From an uncultured Actinomycetes bacterium (lineage in GTDB: Bacteria; Actinomycetota; Thermoleophilia; UBA2241), in NCBI GenBank assembly GCA_963767005.1, contig CAVYCN010000004.1:352001-416000 (forward strand): 64,000 bases of DNA, given 5' to 3'. The notes below the pieces were generated by a model that ran no database searches, had not been told where the DNA came from, and worked only from the letters and a program-made list of their open reading frames with translations. Shown here piece after piece: positions 32,250-41,492 of this stretch (its first letter is position 1; every line of letters starts with the position of its first letter). Position numbers and translations under genes: made by a program.

Positions 32250-33446
32250 ATGGCTGCGCCGTCAGAGCGCCGTCCCCGACTCGGCCTGATCATCAACCCC
32301 CTGGCCGGCGTGGGCGGCAAGGTCGGCCTCAAGGGCAGCGATGGTATCGAGATCGTGCGCCGGGCCCTCGAGCGCGGCGCCGAGCGCGACGCGCCGCGCC
32401 GCGCCGCGCTCGCCCTCGCGCGGCTCGGCCGGCTGCGCGAGAGGATCGAGATCGTGACCTGCCCCGGCGAGATGGGCGCCGACGAGGCGCGGGCCTGCGG
32501 CTTCGCGCCCGTCGTGCTCGAAGGCGTGCTGGGCGCGCCCTGGGGCGAGACCGGCGCCACCCTGCCGGACGGCGCGCCGCTGACGACCGCCGACGACACC
32601 GTCGCCGCGGCCCGCGCGATGCTCGACCTGGGGGTCGACCTGCTGCTGTTCGTCGGCGGCGACGGCACGGCGCGCGACGTCTGCCGGGTCGTCGGCACCC
32701 GCCTTCCCTGCCTGGGCGTGCCGGCCGGCGTGAAGATCCACTCGGCCGTGTATGCGACGACGCCGGCCAGCGCCGGCGAGCTCGCCGCGCGCTTCCTGCA
32801 CGACCGGCCGGCGGCGGCCGGCCTGCGCGAGTCCGAGGTCATGGACTTGGACGAGGACGCCTTTCGATCCGGCCGCGTGTCGGCCTGCCTCTACGGCTAT
32901 CTCTCGGTGCCCTTCGAGCGCAGCATGGTGCAGAGCGCCAAGGCCGGCGGCTGCGCGGGCGACGCCGCCGACCTGGCCGGCATCGCAGCCGACGTCGTGA
33001 ACGGCATGACACCGGGCGTGCTCTACCTGCTCGGCCCCGGCACCACGACCCGGGCCGTCGCGGAGACGCTGGGCCTGCCCAAGACCCTGCTCGGCGTCGA
33101 CGCCGTTCGCGACCGCCGCCTCGTCGCGAGCGACCTGGCCGAGGCCGAGATCCTCGACCTCGTCGCCGCGGACGGCCGCGGAGCGCGCATCGTCGTGACC
33201 GTGATCGGCGGCCAGGGACACATCTTCGGGCGCGGCAACCAGCAATTGAGCGCCGTGGTCATCCGCCGCGTGGGGCGCGAGCAGGTGACCGTCGTGGCCA
33301 GCCAGACCAAGCTGCTGTCGCTGCGCGGCGGACCGCTCCTGGTCGACACGGGCGACCCCGAGCTCGACGCGAGCTTCGCCGGCTACCTGCGGGTGGTGAC
33401 GCAGCTCGGACGCCGCACGATGTACCGGGTCGCGGGGGGCACCTAG
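32250..33446 (+). CDS. ATP-NAD kinase family / AcoX-like protein
   Basis: GLIINPLAG.GG..GLKGSDG, GGDGTARD, PAGVKIHS, TLLGVD, IGGQGHIFGRGNQQ, LLVDTGD. Confidence 0.85.
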   Translation: MAAPSERRPRLGLIINPLAGVGGKVGLKGSDGIEIVRRALERGAERDAPRRAALALARLGRLRERIEIVTCPGEMGADEARACGFAPVVLEGVLGAPWGETGATLPDGAPLTTADDTVAAARAMLDLGVDLLLFVGGDGTARDVCRVVGTRLPCLGVPAGVKIHSAVYATTPASAGELAARFLHDRPAAAGLRESEVMDLDEDAFRSGRVSACLYGYLSVPFERSMVQSAKAGGCAGDAADLAGIAADVVNGMTPGVLYLLGPGTTTRAVAETLGLPKTLLGVDAVRDRRLVASDLAEAEILDLVAADGRGARIVVTVIGGQGHIFGRGNQQLSAVVIRRVGREQVTVVASQTKLLSLRGGPLLVDTGDPELDASFAGYLRVVTQLGRRTMYRVAGGT

Positions 33447-33502
33447 CCCGAGGCCGCGGATCGACCGCCGTCGAGGCTCAGACCGGCGTGACGAGCGCGC
33501 GC

Positions 33503-34213
33503 CTACTCGCTCGCCTTGATGCGCCCGAGCGCGGCGCCGAGCATGGTCTCGACCATGGACAAGGCGGCCTCGACATCGAAGTCGGGGTCGAGTGCCGCCT
33601 GCAGGCCCAGGCCGTCTTCGATCGCCACGAGCACCGAGCCGACCGCCTCGAGCTCGCGGCGGCGCTCGTCGCTCACCGGCTGCCGGTTGGTCTCGTCGGC
33701 GGGGTCGGTCACCCCCGACATCTCGAGCACGAGCTCGCGGTAGTCGTCGTAGAGCGCGGCGATGCGGCCGGCGAGCTCGGGCTCGCGCAGCGTCGCCACC
33801 ACGAGCTCGAAGAAGTCGTGCTGCGACTGCACGTCGTCGGCCTCGCGCTTGATCCAGTCGAGGAACGTCGGCAGGCTGCCGCCCGGTCCGGCGAAGGAGT
33901 AGACCGACACGGCGAGGTCGTGGAAGAGCGAGTCGAAGAGGATGGCGACGAGGCCGGCGCGGCTGCCGAAGTGGTAGGGGATCAGCGTGCGGCTGACGTT
34001 TGCCTCGTTGGCCACGGCCTCGATCGTCAGACCCTCGAGGCCGCGTTCGGCGAGCACGCGGCGCGCGGCTTCGAGGATGGTGCGCGCGGTCGGGGGCAGC
34101 TCCTCCATCGGGTGGTCGCGCGGCAGCCCCGGCGAGTACTGCTGCGGCTTGACCTGGCGGGGCCGGCCGCGCGGTCGGGGCGGCTCGCTCGCGTGGTTTT
34201 CTTGGCTTGACAT
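33503..34213 (-). CDS. TetR/AcrR family transcriptional regulator
   Basis: ILEAARRVLAERG..GLTIEAVA.EANVSRTLIPYHFGSR HTH; alternative start at 34108. Confidence 0.9.
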   Translation of the reverse strand: MSSQENHASEPPRPRGRPRQVKPQQYSPGLPRDHPMEELPPTARTILEAARRVLAERGLEGLTIEAVANEANVSRTLIPYHFGSRAGLVAILFDSLFHDLAVSVYSFAGPGGSLPTFLDWIKREADDVQSQHDFFELVVATLREPELAGRIAALYDDYRELVLEMSGVTDPADETNRQPVSDERRRELEAVGSVLVAIEDGLGLQAALDPDFDVEAALSMVETMLGAALGRIKASE

Positions 34214-34234
34214 TTCAGGGGCCTGCTTTAGCGT
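34207..34234 (+). promoter_or_regulatory. Candidate promoter of the saccharopine dehydrogenase-like gene, overlapping the TetR start
   Basis: TTGACA-N16-TAGCGT. Confidence 0.5.
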
Positions 34235-34333
34235 CGGCTCAGTCCATGCGCCCGGAAAGGCGCCTTTTGTCCCTCTGCGGACGGCCTCGCACGGTTGTGA
34301 CCACGGCCGTACGCGCGACAAGGAGTGTAACGC

Positions 34334-35635
34334 ATGAAGGTTCTCATCGTCGGTACCGGAGGCGTCGGCGAGTCCATGGCCGCCATCGCGGCCCGGCGCG
34401 ATCCCAACAAGGGCTGGCTCGAGAAGATGGTCATGGCCGACTACGACCTGGCCAAGGCGCAGGCTGTGTCCAAGCGCCTGGGCGCGGACCGCTTCCCGGC
34501 CGAGAAGGTCGACGCGAGCAACCCCGACGAGGTCGCCGCTCTCGCCGGCAAGCACGGCGTCGACATCATCTGCAACCTCGTCGCGCCCGAGTTCAACCCC
34601 CAGCTCCTGCAGGCCGCCATCAAGGCCAAGACGCACTATCTCGACACTGCCATGACGGTCTCCGAGCCGCACCCCGAGGGCAAGATCGGCCCGACCCACG
34701 TCAAGCTCGGCGACAAGGAATACCCGCTCAGCCCCGAGTTCGAGAAGGTCGGCAAGCTGGCGCTGGCCGGCTTCGGCGTCGAGCCCGGCATGGCCGACTA
34801 CTTCGCGCGCTACGCCGCCGACCACCTCTTCGACGAGATCGAGGAGATCGGTATTCGCGACGGCTCCAACCTCGAGATCCCGGGCGCCAAGGGCATCGCC
34901 TTCGGCTTCTCCATCTGGACGACGATCGAGGAGTGCACGCAGCCCGGTATCATCTGGGAGAAGGACAAGGGCTGGTACACGGTCGAGCCGTTCGCCGAGA
35001 AAGAGATGTTCTACCTGCCCGAGGGCATCGGCTGGGTCGAGATCGCCCACGTCGAGCACGAAGAGGTCATCTGCCTGGGCCGCAACGCCCACCTGCTCAA
35101 GGGCAACAAGAAGGCCACCTTCAAGTATGCCCTCGGCGACGAGTTCATGGATGCCATCGACATCTTCAAGTCGACCAACATGGACAAGAAGACGCCGATC
35201 AAGGTGAAGGGCGTCGAAGTGGCGCCGCGCGACGTGATTGCCGCCGCCGCCCCCGACCCGAACGAGATCGGCAAGAAGTACGTGGGCCAGACCGCCGCCG
35301 GCACGTGGGTGCGCGGCAAGAAGGACGGCATGGTCCGCGAGGCGTACCTGTATCAGATCGCCGACAATCAGGAGTGCGTCGAGAAGTACGGCACCCAGGT
35401 CGTCGTGGCCCAGACGGGCTTCACGCCGGTCATCACGCTCGAGCTGCTCGCCACCGGCAAGCTGCAGGGCTACAAGGGCAACCCCGAGTCGGGCGTCCAC
35501 AACCCCGAGGAGTTCAGCGCCGACGACTTCGTGGCGCTCATGCCGGCCTACGAGTTCCCGGGCGGCCTGTACGAGATGGACTCCGAGTACAAGCGCAACC
35601 ACGATCACACGTCGCTGATCGCGGTGGCCAAGTAA
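34334..35635 (+). CDS. Saccharopine dehydrogenase-like / carboxy(nor)spermidine dehydrogenase-family oxidoreductase
   Basis: VGTGGVG Rossmann motif, YLDTA, GFGVEPG, FSIWTTIEEC, HEEV, V.PRD; strong codon bias. Confidence 0.85.
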   Translation: MKVLIVGTGGVGESMAAIAARRDPNKGWLEKMVMADYDLAKAQAVSKRLGADRFPAEKVDASNPDEVAALAGKHGVDIICNLVAPEFNPQLLQAAIKAKTHYLDTAMTVSEPHPEGKIGPTHVKLGDKEYPLSPEFEKVGKLALAGFGVEPGMADYFARYAADHLFDEIEEIGIRDGSNLEIPGAKGIAFGFSIWTTIEECTQPGIIWEKDKGWYTVEPFAEKEMFYLPEGIGWVEIAHVEHEEVICLGRNAHLLKGNKKATFKYALGDEFMDAIDIFKSTNMDKKTPIKVKGVEVAPRDVIAAAAPDPNEIGKKYVGQTAAGTWVRGKKDGMVREAYLYQIADNQECVEKYGTQVVVAQTGFTPVITLELLATGKLQGYKGNPESGVHNPEEFSADDFVALMPAYEFPGGLYEMDSEYKRNHDHTSLIAVAK

Positions 35636-35713
35636 GCAGACGATCGACCGGCGGCCGCCGCGTCTGCGGCGGCCGCCGCACACCAGCAGATCCACCGGGG
35701 GGCGGGTCCACAC

Positions 35714-35750
35714 GAGGGGCGGGGCGCCGCAGGCGCCCCGCCCCTCTTCT
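35714..35750 (+). terminator. Intrinsic terminator-like hairpin
   Basis: 15-bp stem GAGGGGCGGGGCGCC-GCA-GGCGCCCCGCCCCTC followed by TTCT. Confidence 0.6.
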
Positions 35751-35811
35751 GTCCGGTGCGCCCGGCCGCGGCCCGTTTGTCGGTCCGACCACCGCTTGGT
35801 AGGATGCCGGC

Positions 35812-37146
35812 ATGGTGCGCTTGCGTCTCGTGGCCCCGTCGGCAGCCGCCGGTCTTGCACTGGTCGTGGCGATCGCGCTCAGCGCGGTGCTGCCGGGCTG
35901 CGCGGCGGCGAGCCTCCTGGCGGCGCAGAAGCCCTCCCCGAGTGCCACCAGCGTCACGCTCGCCAGCGTCCTCTCGGGACGCTTCACCAAGCTCGTCCCG
36001 GAGCCGGCCTTCCTGCGCTATCCCACCGACGACGCCGGCCACGTGACCTACGAGATCGGCGCCCTGAAGGTCCATGCCCCCAAGGTCCTGCCCGTCTACA
36101 TCCTGGGCGGGTCCAACGTGCGTGAGGGAGTGCAGTCGCCCGCCGCCATGCAGGCCGCGATCAAGCAGGCGACGGGCCTCACGACCAAAGAGGTCACGTT
36201 GGCCTCCTTCTACCAGAACTTCGCCGGCGATCTCGCTCTGGTCGACAACCTGCCGCCCGGACCCGGCGTGGTCGTCATCTCGGTCAACCCGCCGGACTTC
36301 GGCTGGAACCTCGATCGCGCCGACGCCCAGGCCAAAGGCATCCCGCTCCTCATGGCATCGCCCGCGCTCGACGACCTGTTGAAGAACGCAGGGCACACGC
36401 CGCCGGCGACGATCGCGGACGGTTTTGCCCACTACATGAAGACCTGGCGCCAACGCAACAGCGCCGCCCTGAAGGCCGGCAAGCGGCCGTGGAACGTCTA
36501 CCGGCTGCACGAGTGCAACCTGCGGCCGCAGTCCCTGTCGATCCAGCAGCGCATCCTGAGCCGCTGGCTGACGACCATGGGCGCGCCCGGCGAGGGCTTC
36601 GCCGTTCATCATGTGTTCTGGGCCGGCGTGCTGGCCGCTGCCGCGGACCTGGCGCGCAGCCGCGGTTACTCGGTGGTGATCTCCGAGGCGTCGTACAACA
36701 GGACGCTCGTGGGGACGAAGTTCCGGCCCTACCACGCGATCTACGTGCCCGCCTGTCGCGCCATCGCGCGCAAGGACGACGGCTGGTACGTCGATCCCAA
36801 CACGACCGCGCACCTGACCGCGGCCGACTTCCGTGACCTGTACCACATGCTCGCGCCGGGGCGGCCCAAGTGGACCACGGCGCTCGCCCGGCTCATCGCG
36901 CCGGCCGTGCGCCAGGCGGCCAAGGCAAAGGCCGTCACGCCGACCCCGGCCGCCAGCCCCAGCCCCACGGTGAGCGCCTCGACCTCGCCGAGCGCGACCG
37001 CCAGCGCGACGGCGACCGCCTCGGCTTCACTGACTGCGACGTCGTCGGCCAGCGGCGAGGCGGCCCAGGGCTCTGTGCCCGCAATGGTCGCGGCCTGGCT
37101 CACGTCGGCCTGGCGCTTCGACCTGGGGGCGAGCCTCCTGCGCTGA
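35812..37146 (+). CDS. Exported SGNH-fold-like protein (DltD/AlgJ-like) with Ser/Thr/Ala tail
   Basis: Signal peptide with possible lipobox (LPGC), ILGGSN (G-x-S) and FRDLYH (D-x-x-H) motifs. Confidence 0.6.
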   Translation: MVRLRLVAPSAAAGLALVVAIALSAVLPGCAAASLLAAQKPSPSATSVTLASVLSGRFTKLVPEPAFLRYPTDDAGHVTYEIGALKVHAPKVLPVYILGGSNVREGVQSPAAMQAAIKQATGLTTKEVTLASFYQNFAGDLALVDNLPPGPGVVVISVNPPDFGWNLDRADAQAKGIPLLMASPALDDLLKNAGHTPPATIADGFAHYMKTWRQRNSAALKAGKRPWNVYRLHECNLRPQSLSIQQRILSRWLTTMGAPGEGFAVHHVFWAGVLAAAADLARSRGYSVVISEASYNRTLVGTKFRPYHAIYVPACRAIARKDDGWYVDPNTTAHLTAADFRDLYHMLAPGRPKWTTALARLIAPAVRQAAKAKAVTPTPAASPSPTVSASTSPSATASATATASASLTATSSASGEAAQGSVPAMVAAWLTSAWRFDLGASLLR

Positions 37147-37247
37147 TCGGCCGCCGCAGGGCCGGCCTGCGGGCGCGCGATCCTCACGCGGAGCAGCGAG
37201 GGGACCGGGTGCAGCCTGGTGTAGGATGCCGAAGCCAAGCTCGCCGC

Positions 37248-37345
37248 GGAGCGGCTCCCGGTCCGGTGACCGGCGCGGTCTTCAAAACCGTCTGCGGGGC
37301 GGTGCTCCCGTCCCGGGTGGGTTCGACCCCCATGCCGCTCCGCCA
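37248..37345 (+). tRNA. selC: tRNA-Sec (TCA)
   Basis: 8-bp acceptor GGAGCGGC/GCCGCTCC, 6-bp D-stem CCGGTC-CGGT-GACCGG, anticodon loop CTTCAAA, long variable arm, GGTTCGACCC, G-CCA end; 98 nt. Confidence 0.96.
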
Positions 37346-37441
37346 GCTCGTCGGCCCCGTGTCTCGAAGACGCCTGATCTCGGCGTACGCCTGCTCCCCC
37401 GCGCCGGCCGCCGTCGGTCATTCGACCGGCGGCCGCAGCTG

Positions 37442-38536
37442 TCAGTTCGTGGAGGAGGCCGGCGCGGCGCCTGGTCGCAGCGAGAGGCTGCGCGCGACGT
37501 CGCCCAGGGCGCTGACCACCCTCGCGCCGTCGCCGGGTGCGATGTACGTCTCCGCGCACACGATGCGACCGTTCGTCAGGAAGCCGGCGGCGGAGCACCA
37601 GGCCCTCTCGGCGCCGATCGCGACGGTGAACCGGCAGCGGATCGTCGGCGTACCGCTCGAGTCGACCACGGGCGTCGTCGCGGCCGTGACCGACGAGCCG
37701 CTCGGCAGCGCCTGGCGCAGCGACGAGGCGAGCAGGTCCTCGACCTGGACGGCGAGCTCCCGTGCCCGGTCGGGCACCGTCTGTGGCGGCGACGCGCGCA
37801 GGGCGGCCGGCTGCGCCACGACGGCGACGAGGAAGAACGACGAGGGATCCGAGTCGGGGGCCGCCCATGGGGGCCGCACGCGGACCCGGTACACGCCGGC
37901 CGAGGTCTCGCCTGGGACGACCTCGAGCGTGGGCGACGCGTAAGTGAGCTGAAAGCCGTAGCGCGGATCGAGGTAGAACACCGGCGTGGTCTCTCCTGCC
38001 GGCCCCGCGGCGTCCTTGGGCAGCACTGAGGCGCCGCTGAGGTCGACGACGGTGGCGCCCGCGCCGCGGCGGCACGAGGCCACCAGACCGATGACCTGGA
38101 CGGGGTCGCCGCGCAGAAAGTCGACGCGTGTGGGGCGCCGGCAGTCGAGCGTGACGTCGCCGACCAGCACGAGCAGGCGGTTGTCCGCGCCGGCTCGATC
38201 GGACAGGCGCAGGGGGCTCGACGAGGTCGGACCGGCGCCCCAGACTCGCGTCACGAGACCGCCGACGGCGATCCTTCTGCCGATGAGCGCCCCGGGGTCG
38301 GCCGACACGGCCTTGTCGAACGAGGTCGGGCTGAAGATGGCGACGGCGTGGCGGTGGGCATTGACGGCCGCGGCGGTCGTCGCGGCCGAACCGGCGACCA
38401 GCAGGCAGACGATCAGCAGCCAGCGGCGCGCGCCGCGGTGGCGCGCGACGTGCGATGTCGGCGAGCTGACGAGCGGCACGTTGACCTTTCCTGCCGGATT
38501 GGACTCGCAGGCGCGGCCACGGCAGTGCCCGCGCAC
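37442..38536 (-). CDS. Hypothetical exported protein (possible OB-fold plus PsbP-like domain)
   Basis: Signal/TM segment RRWLLIVCLLVAG, GRRIAVGGLV...GDPVQVIG, Y.DPRYGFQLTY; start uncertain. Confidence 0.55.
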   Translation of the reverse strand: MRGHCRGRACESNPAGKVNVPLVSSPTSHVARHRGARRWLLIVCLLVAGSAATTAAAVNAHRHAVAIFSPTSFDKAVSADPGALIGRRIAVGGLVTRVWGAGPTSSSPLRLSDRAGADNRLLVLVGDVTLDCRRPTRVDFLRGDPVQVIGLVASCRRGAGATVVDLSGASVLPKDAAGPAGETTPVFYLDPRYGFQLTYASPTLEVVPGETSAGVYRVRVRPPWAAPDSDPSSFFLVAVVAQPAALRASPPQTVPDRARELAVQVEDLLASSLRQALPSGSSVTAATTPVVDSSGTPTIRCRFTVAIGAERAWCSAAGFLTNGRIVCAETYIAPGDGARVVSALGDVARSLSLRPGAAPASSTN

Positions 38537-38727
38537 CCCCTCTATCGGCTGGGGAGCGCAAGAGGTGGAGAGGGCCGGCGGCAGGTGGCCTGATCGCGAG
38601 CCGGACCCGATGCTCCAGCGCGCGACGCGCCGATCCCGAACCTTGAGCTCAACGCGATCTCATCGTAGCTTCATCGCTGCCTCACAGAGCCCAGCCATGA
38701 TGGCGAGCAGTGGGCGAAGGAGGGGCG

Positions 38728-38886
38728 ATGGAAGCGTCGGTAGCCTGCAGGGAAGACCCGGTCGACGAGGACTGCGACAGCTGTCGCTACTGCGACCGTT
38801 GTCCGTGTCCCGGCTACTCGTCTACCCCCTCGGCTGCGGGGTGCCCGATCTACGCGAGGCTGTCGGTGTGGCACTCGCAAGAGTGA
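38728..38886 (+). CDS. Small Cys-rich protein (52 aa), possibly extended by UGA readthrough to 39057
   Basis: AAGGAGG RBS + ATG; MEASVACREDPVDEDCDSCRYCDRCPCPGYSSTPSAAGCPIYARLSVWHSQE; below the ORF-track cutoff. Confidence 0.55.
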   Translation: MEASVACREDPVDEDCDSCRYCDRCPCPGYSSTPSAAGCPIYARLSVWHSQE

Positions 38887-39145
38887 TGCGCTGAGTCGCG
38901 GGCGATGGATACCGTGGTCGTACTCCATCTGCGAAGCGAGGCGGAGCTCGAGGCGTTCCGGCTGCCCAGCGAGGGCCTCGTGGTGCCTACCGAGACGAAC
39001 GTGGCGCTCGAAGCGGGATGCGGTGTCGTCGTCCTGACCGAGCTCTGCCCTCAGTGACCGGCGGAGAGCGGCCGCCACGCACGCTTTCTCAACGATCGCG
39101 CCGCTCCGGCCGATACCATGCCCCAGTCGACAGCTGGAGGCACCG

Positions 39146-39367
39146 GTGCAGTGCTACATGATGAGTCGCGACCGGGCGCAGGCCCTCGCCGAGGCGCTTC
39201 GCAAGAAGTACCCGAAGCAGCGCAAGCGGATCGACGCCGATGCGGTGCGCATGTTCTGCGTGAGCAACGCCGAGGCCGAGAGCGGCGCCGCCGACCCCGA
39301 CTGGCTCGAACGAGGCCCGCTCGACGAGGTCGTCGCCTGGGTCGACGTCGCGCAGCTCGTCAGGTAA
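39146..39367 (+). CDS. Small hypothetical protein (73 aa)
   Basis: GGAGG RBS + GTG, host-like codon bias, TAA stop. Confidence 0.65.
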   Translation: MQCYMMSRDRAQALAEALRKKYPKQRKRIDADAVRMFCVSNAEAESGAADPDWLERGPLDEVVAWVDVAQLVR

Positions 39368-39717
39368 CCATCCGAATCGCGTGTGCGCCGCCGGCGCGAC
39401 GGCACGGCCGCCGCGCCGCGGTGGTAGGCTGTCGCCCGTGGACGGCGAGGTTCGCACAGGCATGATCGAGCGAGGGTGGCACGTGGCGCCGCGCTCGCGC
39501 CGCCGCGTCCCGACCGATCTCCTTTGGCCGCGCTGCCGTTCGGCGCGGATCTGGACGATCGAGGCGCGCGCGCCCGGCTGCCAGTGCTGGACGCTCGAGC
39601 CGCTCGTGCGTCTCTAGAACGTCGTACGAGCGCCGCGTTCGACGCGGCGCCACTCGGCCGGCGAACTGCGCTCGCCGGTCCCCCGTCCCGAACTTCCCGC
39701 AAGCGATGGAGCGACCC

Positions 39718-41169
39718 ATGACCGAGAGTGAACCACGCGGCCTGCGGCTGCAGGTCGGCTTCCTCACCGACGACGACAAGCGGGCCATCTACGAGGCAGC
39801 CCTCGAGATCTGCGCCACCGTCGGCATGCGCGTGCACCAGACCGCGGCCCTGGAGTCGCTGCGCGCCGCCGGCGCCGATGTCGAAGGCGCCGATCTCGTG
39901 CGCCTGCCCGCCCGCCTCGTCGAGCGCGCCCGCTCGACCGCGCCCGCCATGGTGCCCGTCTACGGCCGCGACGGCGACGAGGCCCTGCGGCTCGGCGGCC
40001 GCCGCAGCTACTTCGGCACCGGCTCGGACCTCATGAACCTGTACGATCTCGAGACCGGCGAGCGGCGCTCAGCGACCCTCGCCGACGTGGGCACCGCCGC
40101 TCGTCTGTGCGACGCTCTGCCGGCCATCGACTTCGTCATGTCGTGCGCCTACGCCCACGACCTGGCCGACCCGCATCTGGCCTACGTGCACGAGTTCCGG
40201 GCGATGCTCGCCAACACGGTCAAGCCGCTCGTCGTCACCGCCGAGGGCGTCGCCGACCTCGAGGTCATGTGGCGCATGGCCGGCGAGGTGCGCGGCGGCG
40301 CCGAGGCCCTGGCCGAGAAGCCGTACTTCATCATGTACGGGCAGCCCAGCAGCCCCCTCGAGCACCCCCGTGACAGCCTCGACAAACTGCTGTTCTGCGC
40401 CGACAAGGCCATCCCGGCGATCTACTCGCCGGCGCCGCTCGCCGGCGCGACCGCGCCGATCACGGTCGCCGGGCACCTCGCCCAGGGCGTGGCCGAGTCG
40501 CTCTTCGGTCTCGTCATCCATCAGCTGCGCCGGCCCGGCGCGCCGTTCCTGTTCGGCATCGGTCCGGCGGTCCTCGACATGGCGACGGCGCAGTCCTCGT
40601 ACAACGCACCTGAGTACCTCATGTCATACCTCGGCGCCGTCGAGATGGCGCGGTTCCTCGACCTGCCCAACTGGGGCTACGGCGGCACGACCGACGCCCA
40701 GCTGGTCGACGCGCAGGCCGGCCTCGAGGCCGGCGAGCTCACCCTGCTCGCCATGATGGCCGGCTCCAACTTGAACCACGACGTCGGTTACCTCGACTAC
40801 GGCATGACCGGCGCGCTCGAGCTCGTCGTCATCGTCGACGAGTTCGTCGCCATGAACCGGCGGCTGCTCGCCGGTGTGCCGGTCGACCGCGACGCGCTCG
40901 GTGTCGAGGTGATCGCCGCGACCGGCCCGGGCGGCGACTTTCTGTCGACGAAGCACACCGCCCGTCACCTGCGCAGCGCGCAGTGGCGGCCGACCATCAT
41001 CAACCGCAAGGGGTACGAGCGCTGGGCCGAGGACGGCGGCCTCGACCTGCGCGAGCAGGCCCGGCGCAAGGCCGTACGGCTGCTCGCCACGCACACGCCG
41101 CCGGCGCTGCCAGCCGACGTCGAGGCCCGCATCGCGGCCCTCGTCGAGGGGTTCAGGCCGGGCGCGTAG
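39718..41169 (+). CDS. MttB-superfamily methyltransferase, non-pyrrolysine (copy 3; close paralog of copy 1)
   Basis: YFGTGSD, AGATAPIT, PGAPFLFG, GGTTDAQLVDAQAG, GPGGDFL. Confidence 0.92.
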   Translation: MTESEPRGLRLQVGFLTDDDKRAIYEAALEICATVGMRVHQTAALESLRAAGADVEGADLVRLPARLVERARSTAPAMVPVYGRDGDEALRLGGRRSYFGTGSDLMNLYDLETGERRSATLADVGTAARLCDALPAIDFVMSCAYAHDLADPHLAYVHEFRAMLANTVKPLVVTAEGVADLEVMWRMAGEVRGGAEALAEKPYFIMYGQPSSPLEHPRDSLDKLLFCADKAIPAIYSPAPLAGATAPITVAGHLAQGVAESLFGLVIHQLRRPGAPFLFGIGPAVLDMATAQSSYNAPEYLMSYLGAVEMARFLDLPNWGYGGTTDAQLVDAQAGLEAGELTLLAMMAGSNLNHDVGYLDYGMTGALELVVIVDEFVAMNRRLLAGVPVDRDALGVEVIAATGPGGDFLSTKHTARHLRSAQWRPTIINRKGYERWAEDGGLDLREQARRKAVRLLATHTPPALPADVEARIAALVEGFRPGA

Positions 41170-41208
41170 GCCGCGGGCCGGTCACACGGGATGGAGCCCC
41201 GCCGGGCC

Positions 41209-41412
41209 TCAGACCGGCGGGGCCGACCCCGGCTCGCCCGGCGCGCTCGCCTGGAGGGGCGCGACGGTGTCGGTCGGCGTCGGCAGGGTCGGCTCGTCGG
41301 CGGGGTCCGCCAGGAGCTCGACGAGCACGGCGGCCGCGACGGTGAAGCCGATTGCGAAGGCGATCACCATGAGGTACATCATGGGGTCGAGGTGCGAGAG
41401 CAGATGCACCAT
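41209..41412 (-). CDS. Small single-TM membrane protein
   Basis: AGGAGGG RBS + ATG; one TM helix and a Pro-rich tail. Confidence 0.6.
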   Translation of the reverse strand: MVHLLSHLDPMMYLMVIAFAIGFTVAAAVLVELLADPADEPTLPTPTDTVAPLQASAPGEPGSAPPV

Positions 41413-41492
41413 CGTCGGTCCCTCCTGACGGCGTTTGCCGGTGTCATACTTCGCGGCACGGCCCAGTCGTGACAGACGAAGGGGGAGCGCCC

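Noticed and set aside
38671-39078. 135-aa minus-strand ORF from the track
   Set aside because: No RBS or recognisable motif; it is antisense to the plus-strand ORF that has a strong RBS.
39100-39108. GCCGCTCCG matching the tRNA-Sec 3' end as a possible attR
   Set aside because: Only 9 nt in very GC-rich DNA, and no integrase; expected by chance.
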